64,000 nt of DNA from Tubulanus polymorphus (lineage: Eukaryota; Animalia; Nemertea): contig NC_134030.1 in the NCBI RefSeq assembly GCF_964204645.1, forward strand, positions 22,528,210-22,592,209, written 5' to 3'. Each line of letters opens with the position of its first letter. Positions within the stretch are counted from its first letter, which is position 1. The notes beneath the pieces were generated by a model. It saw only the letters and a program-made list of their open reading frames with translations. It ran no database searches and was not told the DNA's origin. The position numbers and the translations under genes were made by a program. Positions 11,601 to 23,600 of the stretch are shown in pieces.

Positions 11601-14600
11601 ATAACTTTGATACTCAGTCTATGAAACCGGTCTCAGATTGAGGATTTACCCCTAGGGATAACTTTGATACTCAGTCTATGAAACCGGTCTCAGATTGAGG
11701 ATTTACCCCTAGGGATAACTTTGATACTCAGTCCATGAAACCAGGCCCAGGAATAAAACAAGAAAACTGGATGCGAAGATTAAACATTTTTCATTTATCA
11801 CTCAATAAAAAGAATGAATGAATGAATTATTTTTGACATATTATTTTTTCAGGCAGACTCACTCTTTCTCTGGCAACATTGTAAAATGTTCGGATTTTTC
11901 TCCGTTGCTTTCATCAGTAACTGGAAATCGCGGTTCACCGTCAAGAACTTGTTGTAGTCGTGAGAGAGGGTCGCTCTAACATCCGTACCGGAATAAACCT
12001 GTAATACAGAAACTATACAATGAGACAATCAATTGTGACTTATGAAATTTTAGAGTTGGCAGACGATTTAAAAATGTTCCTAGGTTAATGCTTGGGAGAG
12101 CTTTGATTTTGGATACAAGCCCTCAGGTTGGGTTAAAAAAAAAGTTTAAAGAACCCTTGAATGAATTAAATTTCTACATTGATGCGGTTCATTATCAATG
12201 GAATTCTGAGTTAATCATATCATTTTTTGTGAAAATCTGTAAAACCAGTTGCCGAGCTGAAGTTGAACTGGGTTCAGTTTCAACCTGAAAGAGTACCCGG
12301 TTACGATTTCTTCATGAATTCTGTTTATCTTACATCAATTTGAGTCGATCATCAACTGAACTCTTGATTTTCATGAATTCACATATAACACACGCACCTC
12401 TTGTAGTTCGAGCCATTTTTCCTGCACTGATAACCAGATCGTCAACACAGCTTCGATCGTCTGCAGACGTTTTTGCCATTTAACGACCTCGTCGAGGAAA
12501 GACCCGGCCGCGCTGCTCGTCTGCATCGCTTGAAGCATCATCTGATGACTTTCCAGTAATTCGAATATCGCGTCCGTGTTATTCAACAGATATAAACCAC
12601 CTTCCGTTTCATTCTACCAAATAATCAATAATCATTATTCATTACTAGGAAAACATTACAGTGAAACTCTGATAGTCTTTTGTAGTTGTGACGATCATGA
12701 TGTTGATGATTAGTTACATTTAGTTTACAAATTGAGAATCAAAGATAGAGACAACTTCAGGATCCAGTTCCACAGCTGTGAGTAACTCTGAGTTAAATCT
12801 TAACTCACAAATGTGGAAGTGGATCCAGTAATCCAAATGACTTATCAAACTCGAATGTATTTTGAGAAATTCAACATAAAATCATCATGCTATGTCTGTA
12901 TTTGTTCATGTATTTGTGGGAAAAAAGTTTCAATCTGGCTCCAGGTCCCTAGTTATAGACCAGTATTACGTTTCACCTATGGGGTTAGTTAATTCATTTT
13001 CAATTAAGTCAACCCCCAGGTTAAAGATAATACAGTCGTTTAATACAATTTTAATATTCTATAAAACCAGGCCCAGGTGAAAAGTAGAGTTTGGGGGTTA
13101 GACTCACCTAACCGATGTTGACCAGTGAGTTCAGGGGGGCTATGGGTGTTAGACTCACCTCACTGATATTGACCAGTGAGTTTAGGGGGGCTATGGGTGT
13201 TAGACTCACCTCACCGATATTGACCAGTGAGTTCAGGGGGGCTATGGGTGTTAGACTCACCTCACTGATATTGACCAGTGAGTTTAGGGGGGCTATGGGT
13301 GTTAGACTCACCTAACCGATGTTGACCAGTGAGTTTAGGGGGGCTATGAGTATTAGACTCACCTCACCGATATTGACCAGTGAGTTCAGGGGGGCTATGG
13401 GTGTTAGACTCACCTCACTGATATTGACCAGTGAGTTTAGGGGGGCTATGGGTGTTAGACTCACCTAACCGATGTTGACCAGTGAGTTTAGGGGGGCTAT
13501 GAGTATTAGACTCACCTCACCGATATTGACCAGTGAGTTTAGGGGGGCTATGAGTATTAGACTCACCTCACCGATGTTGACCAGTGAGTTTAGGGGGGCT
13601 ATGGGTGTTAGACTCACCTCACCGATGTTGACCAGTGAGTTTAGGGGGGCTATGGGTGTTAGACTCACCTCACCGATGTTGACCAGTGAGTTTAGGGGGG
13701 CTATGAGTATTAGACTCACCTCACCGATGTTGACCAGTGAGTTTAGGGGGGCTATGAGTATTAGACTCACCTCACCGATGTTGACCAGTGAGTTTAGGGG
13801 GGCTATGGGTGTTAGACTCACCTCACCGATGTTGACCAGTGAGTTTAGGGGGGCTATGGGTGTTAGACTCACCTCACCGATGTTGACCAGTGAGTTTAGG
13901 GGGCAATGGGTGTTAGACTCACCTCACCGATGTTGACCAGTGAGTTTAGGGGGGCTATGAGTATTAGACTCACCTCACCGATGTTGACCAGTGAGTTTAG
14001 GGGGGCTATGAGTATTAGACTCACCTAACCGATGTTGACCAGTGAGTTTAGGGGGCAATGGGTGTTAGACTCAACTCACCGATGTTGACCAGTGAGTTTA
14101 GGGGGGCTATGGGTGTTAGACTCACCTCACCGATGTTGACCAGTGAGTTTAGGGGGGCTATGAGTATTAGACTCACCTCACCGATGTTGACCAGTGAGTT
14201 CAGGGGGGCTATGAGTATTAGACTCACCTCACCGATGTTGACCAGTGAGTTTAGGGGGGCTATGGGTGTTAGACTCACCTCACCGATGTTGACCAGTGAG
14301 TTTAGGGGGGCTATGAGTATTAGACTCACCTAACCGATGTTGACCAGTGAGTTTAGGGGGCAATGGGTGTTAGACTCACCTCACCGATGTTGACCAGTGA
14401 GTTTAGGGGGGCTATGGGTGTTAGACTCACCTCACCGATGTTGACCAGTGAGTTTAGGGGGGCTATGAGTATTAGACTCACCTCACCGATGTTGACCAGT
14501 GAGTTTAGGGGGGCTATGAGTATTAGACTCACCTCACCGATGTTGACCAGTGAGTTTAGGGGGGCTATGAGTATTAGACTCACCTAACCGATGTTGACCA

Positions 14601-17600
14601 GTGAGTTTAGGGGGGCTATGAGTATTAGACTCACCTCACCGATGTTGACCAGTGAGTTTAGGGGGGCTATGGGTGTTAGACTCACCTCACTGATATTGAC
14701 CAGTGAGTTTAGGGGGGCTATGGGTGTTAGACTCACCTCACCGATATTGACCAGTGAGTTCAGGGGGGCTATGGGTGTTAGACTCACCTCACCGATGTTG
14801 ACCAGTGAGTTTAGGGGGGCTATGGGTTTTAGACTCACCTCACTGATATTGACCAGTGAGTTTAGGGGGGCTATGGGTGTTAGACTCACCTCACCGATAT
14901 TGACCAGTGAGTTTAGGGGGGCTATGGGTGTTAGACTCACCTCACCGATGTTGACCAGTGAGTTTAGGGGGGCTATGGGTGTTAGACTCACCTCACCGAT
15001 ATTGACCAGTGAGTTTAGGGGGGCTATGGGTGTTAGACTCACCTCACCGATATTGACCAGTGAGTTTAGGGGGGCTATGGGTGTTAGACTCACCTAACCG
15101 ATGTTGACCAGTGAGTTTAGGGGGGCTATGGGTGTTAGACTCACCTCACCGATATTGACCAGTGAGTTTAGGGGGGCTATGGGTGTTAGGCTCACCTAAC
15201 TGATATTGGCAGTGAGTTTAGGGGGGCTATGGGTGTTAGACTCACCTCACTGATATTGACCAGTGAGTTTAGGGGGGCTATGGGTGTTAGACTCACCTCA
15301 CCGATGTTGACCAGTGAGTTTAGGGGGGCTATGGGTTTTAGACTCACCTCACCGATGTTGACCAGTGAGTTTAGGGGGGCTATGTGTGTTAGACTCACCT
15401 CACCGATGTTGACCAGTGAGTTCAGGGGGGCTATGGGTTTTAGACTCACCTCACCGATGTTGACCAGTGAGTTTAGGGGGCAATGGGTGTTAGACTCACC
15501 TCACCGATGTTGACCAGTGAGTTTAGGGGGGCTATGGGTGTTAGACTCACCTCACCGATGTTGACCAGTGAGTTTAGGGGGGCTATGGGTGTTAGACTCA
15601 CCTCACCGATGTTGACCAGTGAGTTCAGGGGGGCTATGGGTGTTAGACTCACCTCACCGATGTTGACCAGTGAGTTTAGGGGGGCTATGGGTGTAAGACT
15701 CACCTCACCGATGTTGACCAGTGAGTTTAGGGGGGCTATGGGTTTTAGACTCACCTCACCGATGTTGACCAGTGAGTTTAGGGGGGCTATGGGTGTTAGA
15801 CTCACCTCACCGATGTTGACCAGTGAGTTTAGGGGGGCTATGGGTTTTAGACTCACCTCACCGATGTTGACCAGTGAGTTTAGGGGGGCTATGGGTGTTA
15901 GACTCACCTCACCGATGTTGACCAGTGAGTTCAGGGGGGCTATGGGTGTTAGACTCACCTCACCGATGTTGACCAGTGAGTTCAGGGGGGCTATGGGTGT
16001 TAGACTCACCTCACCGATGTTGACCAGTGAGTTCAGGGGGGCTATGGGTGTTAGACCCACCTAACCGATGTTGACCAGTGAGTTCAGGGGGGCTATGGGT
16101 GTTAGACTCACCTCACCGATATTGACCAGTGAGTTCAGGGGGGCTATGGGTGTTAGACTCACCTCACTGATATTGACCAGTGAGTTTAGGGGGGCTATGG
16201 GTGTTAGACTCACCTCACTGATGTTGACCAGTGAGTTTAGGGGGGCTATGAGTATTAGACTCACCTCACCGATATTGACCAGTGAGTTTAGGGGGGCGTT
16301 ATGACTCACCTCGCCGATGTTGACCAGTGAGTTTAGGGGGGCGTTATGACTCACCTCGCCGATGTTGACCAGTGAGTTTAGGGGGGCGTTATGACTCACC
16401 TCGCCGATGTTGACCAGTGAGTTTAGGGGGGCTATGAGTATTAGACTCACCTCACCGATATTGACCAGTGATACCGGTAATGAAGAGATACTCGCTCGTC
16501 GATGACGACTAATGTTTGACGTACGACTCGTAGCACGAGCCATCGCTCGACTCGCTCGACTATCGGTCGTGCTTCCTAAACCTTGATTCGTCGATTCTGA
16601 CGTCTCACTTTTCTGTTCCTGAAATTCAACGATTTTTAACATTTCAAATACACATGTACGCGTATGGTACAACATGCACATGTCAATATACATGCGTATG
16701 TACAATAAAACATGCACATGTCAATAAGCATGTGTAAATAGAGTAAAACATGCACATGTCAATATACATGTGCATGTACAGTAAAACATGCACATGTCAA
16801 TGAAACTAATACATATACATTTTCTGAAATTCATGCGATTGTTTTGAGAAATATGAATTCTATGTTTTGCCTCACTTCATATGTAGTTTTGAGCAGGTTG
16901 ATAAAACGTTCTTTGAGCCCTAGAACAATCAATCATAGACAATAGGGAGCAGGTAGTAAGGGGTTAATGTTTACTTACTCCCGGTAAATCCTCTCCGGAG
17001 ACAGTCGAATCACTGCCTTTACGTATGACTTGACGATGTAGATCGAACAGTTTACTCAACCAAACTTCTTCATACGTCTTCAACGAGTTCTCGATACTCT
17101 GATCTTTTACAGCGCGGTTTACGATAGCTCTGACGTCATCAACGTGAGCTGAAACATTGTAATCATCATCTCATCTGATAGCTGAACCCCTTCAGTAGGG
17201 CGATGTGTGGATGATCAGTTTTTGAAAGTGTGCTGATAAAATGTCTAATGTCTGGTGTTTGTAGTTCATTTTCAATTAAAAATGTCTCAGATGAAGCACT
17301 GAACACATGCGAAGTGTGGACGATCAGTTTTTGAAAGTGTGCTGATAAAATGTCTAATGTCTGGTGTTTGTAGTTCATTTTCAATAAAAATGTCTCAGAT
17401 GAAGCACTGAACACATGTGAAGTGTGGACGATCAGTTTTTGAAAGTGTGCTGATAAAATGTCTAATATCTGGTGTTTGTAGTTCATTTTCAATAAAAATG
17501 TCTCAGATGAAGCACTGAACACATGTGAAGTGTGGACGATCAGTTTTTGAAAGTGTGCTGATAAAATGTCTAATATCTGGTGTTTGTAGTTCATTTTCAA

Positions 17601-20600
17601 TAAAAATGTCTCAGATGAAGCACTGAACGCATGTGAAGTGTGGACGATCAGTTTTTGAAAGTGTGCTGATAAAATGTCTAATGTCTGGTGTTTGTAGTTC
17701 ATTTTCAATTAAACATGTCTCAGGTGAAGCACTGAACACATGTGAAGTGTGGACGATCAGTTTTTGAAAGTGTGCTGATAAAATGTCTAATATCTGGTGT
17801 TTGTAGTTCATTTTTCAAATGAAAATGTCTCAGGTGAAGCACTGAACACATGTGAAGTGTGGACGATCAGTTTTTGAAAGTGTACTGATAAAATGTCTAA
17901 TATCTGGTGTTTGTAGTTCATTTTCATTTTCAATTAAAAATGTCTCAGGTGAAGCACTGAACACATGTGAAGTGTGGATGATCAGTTTTTGAAAGTGTGC
18001 TGATAAAATGTCTAATGTCTGGTGTTTGTAGTTCATTTTCAATTAAAAATGTCTCAGATGAAGCACTGAACACATGTGAAGTGTGGACGATCAGTTTTTG
18101 AAAGTGTGCTGATAAAATGTCTAATATCTGGTGTTTGTAGTTCATTTTCAATAAAAATGTCTCAGATGAAGCACTGAACGCATGTGAAGTGTGGACGATC
18201 AGTTTTTGAAAGTGTGCTGATAAAATGTCTAATGTCTGGTGTTTGTAGTTCATTTTCAATTAAACATGTCTCAGGTGAAGCACTGAACACATGTGAAGTG
18301 TGGACGATCAGTTTTTGAAAGTGTGCTGATAAAATGTCTAATATCTGGTGTTTGTAGTTCATTTTTCAAATGAAAATGTCTCAGGTGAAGCACTGAACAC
18401 ATGTGAAGTGTGGACGATCAGTTTTTGAAAGTGTACTGATAAAATGTCTAATGTCTGGTGTTTGTAGTTCATTTTCAATTAAAAATGTCTCAGGTGAAGC
18501 ACTGAACACATGTGAAGTGTGTGGACGATCAGTTTTTGAAAGTGTGCTGATAAAATGTCTAATATCTGGTGTTTGTAGTTCATTTTTCAAATGAAAATGT
18601 CTCAGGTGAAGCACTGAACACATGTGAAGTGTGGACGATCAGTTTTTGAAAGTGTACTGATAAAATGTCTAATGTCTGGTGTTTGTAGTTCATTTTCAAT
18701 TCAAAATGTCTCGGGTGAAGCACTGAACACATGTGAAGTGTGGACGATCAGTTTTGTGAAAGTGCACTGATAAAATGTCTGAAAAGGTTTGAAATTGTTT
18801 TGCAGATTGATACATACTCTGTAATCCGAGACTGAGTAATTCTCCGAGAGTCATTCTCTTCAGCGTGTCGTTATCGATAGTAATCGCTCCTCCGGTTACA
18901 CGGACCAGTTGTTTCCAGTGCCGTGTTCTCATCGCTGGATTACTTAAATCATCAATCAACGGTAAACAAGTCTGAAACATAAACATTTACATTTACATCA
19001 TGAAACACGCGGAAGAAATTACTAACTCATAGCGCTACTGACTTTTTGTCATTTTATTTTTCCACAGAAATGAGAGGAATCTGACATCAAATAAGAGTCG
19101 TAACTAAAAGTGTACAATTATGTTACAGACATCCCCTGGTCCATGGAAAATATCATAAAGACACTGTTTATAACATCAAAGCCTTCACAGTTTAGTTACT
19201 CATGAAATAAATCTAAGTTGAATTCAATCTTCTCTCAACTTTTACTGAGCACCGATCAGTAGATTATCAGCAGGTTGGGCAGTTCTTTTTCCCAATTAAG
19301 GAGGAGGACAGATACCAAAGAACTACCCCTGGCCGGGAAACCTCAGCACATGCTACCATCAGTACGTGAAATCTGGATTGATGGTACTTGAGGAAAGGAA
19401 CTGACATTGAGACTGATTGTTTCTAGTTTACCTGTATAGTAGTGATAGAGTCGACTAATCCGAGGTAACAGTCCCAGGAGAATACGTCTTCCGGTAATGA
19501 TTTCACGTTGTCTAACTGTCTCATCGAATCGTCCCGTAAAACCTTCGTATCGATCCTCTGCCAACGTTGTATCTTCCACTCGTTGTGCTGTTCCGTTATC
19601 AGACGTACCGTCTCCCAAACCAGTTTCAAATTACTCAACGTATGACGACATCTAGAGATAGAGAGAGAATGCAAGTGAATCGATCCCCCTATGACATCAT
19701 CATATAGAACTTTCAGGGAAATATGGCTGTTAGTATTCTAGACATATGTAGGAAGTGTACATATGATGTACATTTCTATAATGTACATAAACAATGACAT
19801 GCATGTGTCATGTACATATCTTATACAATAGCATGCACATGTGTACAGTAATATACACATGTCATGCGCAGCAACATGCACATGTCTTATACAGTAACAT
19901 GCACATGTCATGCACAGTAACATAGAGCAGCAGTATATGTTTTGGTGCATGTATCACGTGACTGAGTTGAAACTTACTGCGGCAATAAAGAGAAGTTTAC
20001 AATCGACGTTTCGAGCAACTCTTGCAACTCGATCAAATCTTGAGCTTCGTTTTCTAGTTCGCCGAGACGAGTTATAAATGAGTTTATCGAGTTCCACGCC
20101 GAGTTAATGTCGTAATGTCGCGCGTAGATATCACTGCTGTGTAACTCGAGGTGTAAAGATAAAACTCTGCCTCCAAACTCCATCAGATCCTACAAATATC
20201 AACAGCAAAATTCAATCAGGACCCAACTTTCAGTTTGAAATTGTATGATAAACTAAGAGACAATCACCCTGTAAATTCAGGACCCAGCTTTCAGTTTAAG
20301 ATGAGTATAACTAAGAAATAATCACCCTAATCAATTCATAATATTATCAAACCTTTTACTATCATCATAAAATTGAATATTCCCATCATTTCTCAAAGAT
20401 GTCTGCCTCCATAAATCCCCCTCTATGATATCTTGTCTACTGATGATTTGGAAAAATTGTCTACAAATGATTTGATCTATAGACACTTCTCTATGAATCC
20501 CCCTATGACATCATCAAATTACTAATTCTATTTTCTAAGAAATGATAGTTCTGGGTCCAATCTGGCTATGACATCATCACATTACCTGTTTATTCTATTG

Positions 20601-23600
20601 AACCCAACTTACTAAGAAATCCTAAATACATGTGATAAAATAAAGTCGTACCTTCGTAATTCCGGCCGATTCCTCCTGTATTCTCGGACCGAGTCGTTGT
20701 TTAGCGTGCGACACTTTCGTTCGTAGGTTATTCCATCGAACCGGCGACGCCGTGAACAAAACGTCCGTCGATTCCGGAAGATTCTGATTGTATTTCTTCA
20801 GTAGAATCACCGTACGATGCATCGCAGCAAATTTACCGTCCATATCCTGCTGTTGAGACGACACCTGACACACAAAAATACAAAACTACTTTAATACATC
20901 ACACGCTACTTTTTGGGATAGAATCCAAACTGGAGCCACGGTTAAACAATTATATCTGACTTGTATCCAAACTGGAGCCACGTTAAACTGGTGTCAAATC
21001 AATACACGTGAAACAGGTCCGTGCTGCGTAGGTTTAGACACTGCTCATGAGTTGAGTCTTTAAACTTAAGAGTGAAATTTGAATTGGACAAAACTTTTTT
21101 TGGGGCAGACGGAGAAACTAGCGGTATGGGTCGGCATTACATGAATTGGAGTAGGAGAATTTTCTCACAAAGCAGGGCACGTAATAATCAATCAGCTCCA
21201 TAGCAGACAGCACAGTCTATTGTAATTCTGGGATAATCAACAAGTTAATTAGAACATGTACATATGAATAAAGGCATGTACATGTCAATAAGAACATGCA
21301 CATGTCAATAGACATGCATACGTCGTATAAATCTATGTACATCAATAAGAACTTGTACTTGTATATGTGTATAAGAGCATGTAAATATGAATGAAGACAT
21401 ATAAATGTCTCAATAAGAACATGTACATGCCAATGAATAAATGTACATGTCAATTAGAACATGTATATAACTACATGTACATATATACAACTACATGTAC
21501 ATGTATATAACTACATGTACATGTGAATAAGAACAAACCTCATTGAATAATCTCATCATTTTCATGAATGAAGCCGTATCTCTTTCTTCTCCTGTGATAC
21601 TCTCAATTTCAGGTTCGATTCGTTTCATGAATTCATCGAGATTTTCCAACATCGTCGTCACCTGCAGCGAACAAACAGCCGACAATCAGGCAGTGATCTC
21701 GGGGATGAAATAATTTCAACTCGGGATCCAGTTCCACAGAGAGTAGGGTACCCAATGAGACAAATCGAAACTCAAAACTGTGGAACCGAGTGGAGTTGAT
21801 ATTCAAATTATGTACTTTGATTTAAATAAGAGATTCTGTAAATTCCACAGCCGATCACACAAATATCTGTACTTCGATTTCCGATTTCAAAATCAAATCC
21901 CCTGTTTCGCTCCCGGCAGGTGTGGTGGGTTTGTAAGGGACAAACAATCAAACGAAATCTACCAATCAAATAAATAACAGGGTCAATATATTCACAGTAC
22001 CCAATGAGTCAATGTTCTTAGCTCGGATTGACAGCCTGTGAAACTGAGTGGAGATTCCACGGCCTGTGGAACTGTTCCACAGTTGATATTTACCCGATCA
22101 GTGAGGTATTTAGTAAAGATCCACATCCACTTGCTCGCGTACGTCGTTAAAACTTGTTTAATCGGCTGCAAATCCACTCGAATCCAACCGATATCTTCGT
22201 AATCCTGCAACTGTTGGATTTCATCTCGGGCAATCTGTAAACAAACAAACACAAGGTAATTAACACAGTGTGACGCCACTTTTATTTGACTTGCTGTCTA
22301 TTCCCTGACATGTACATTGTTTTCCCTGACTTGATCTGCTAAGAATCCAATCAATAAACACAGTCAAATACTTAGCTTAGACACAGACAGAAACTGTTTG
22401 ATTTCACACGCGATCTAACTAATTCCATTACTTATCCCTGATAGCCTGATTTTTAACTTTTTAACAGAAATCCCCGACTATTCCGTGATTTCCAGGTAGG
22501 TGACCGACCTGCGCTATCATTGTTCACTACTCAGTTTTTTATTTCCAAACGTACCCTGTAAATATCGATTTCGGCGTCAAACTCGTCGAGGGTCGGGATA
22601 TTTTTCTCGTTTTCCGTCATGTGTTTCGGAGTGAGGAACGTTCGTTCAGCCGTACCCATAATTCCCATCGATTCGATGCTGCTCTTAGCAGACGACACTC
22701 TACGAATAATCAATAAACAAACTCAACATCAGACACCAACCGGATTAATGATGTCAAAGGGGGATTTATGGAGGCTGACATCTTTTATAGAAGTGTCTAT
22801 GGATCAAATCACTAGTAAACAATTTGATGATGTCATAGTGGGATTAATGTAGGCGGACATCTTTTCTACGAGTGTCTATAGATGAAATCACTAATAATCA
22901 ATACTGATGATGTCATTAGGGGATACAGCCATCTTTTCAAGGAAGGGTTTATGGATCACTTGATAGTAATTAGATTGATGATGTCATAGGGTGAATAGCT
23001 GATTTGATGGATGATGTTGTAGAGGTGTAAACGGTACCTGGAAGTAGCAGCTGATCGCGCCGATGCTAATCTCCTCAGTTGCCCGGCGGCGCTGGATTTG
23101 GCAGACGCACGCAGCGGGTTCGGTGAGATATTACCGTCAAGGAAACTATCGAACGTCTGAATTACGTCTTGCGTCCATAGAAACGAGTATTCTTTGAACA
23201 ACTCGTAAAGTCGCGAGCATTCTTCGCTGTTCTGCTGAACGACTGATTTAATCTGATCGATTAAACTCAACACGTCCTCGTCCTGTTCGAGATAATCTTT
23301 GTAACTGTCCTGAAAAATTGAGAAAAGACAATGTGAACACGATCTGAACCACATAATCCACTAGAAAATAGGAAAATTCCATAGCTTCCATCACAGAACT
23401 TCTCCCAAGCCTTAAAGAATAATCAGTGATTTCCACAATTTTCAGCATTTTCAAGGCTATAGTTGGACTACAGGGTACACGTTTAATTTACTTGCTTTTT
23501 CTCTGGTACAAATTTCTAAGACTTTCTACTGATATTTAGTTAGTTTACGAAATTCCCCAAATATTCCCTTGTTTTTTATTACACAAAAAAAAAAATTTCC

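Noticed and set aside
13108-16304. Many repeat ORFs on both strands (MLTSEFRGAMGVRLT / SLTPIAPLNSLVNIGE)
   Set aside because: Artefacts of a 51-bp (3n) minisatellite, not independent genes.
17166-18623. ORFs MKMNYKHQ... on the - strand
   Set aside because: Translation of the 108-110-bp intronic tandem repeat; dynein exons 26 and 27 join in phase without them.
13095-18781. CRISPR-like regular arrays
   Set aside because: Units are wholly repeated with no unique spacers, there are no cas genes, and the context is eukaryotic introns.
19740-21525. ACATGT/TACATGTA-rich tracts giving Cys/Met/His-rich ORFs
   Set aside because: Common low-complexity intronic repeats, not coding.
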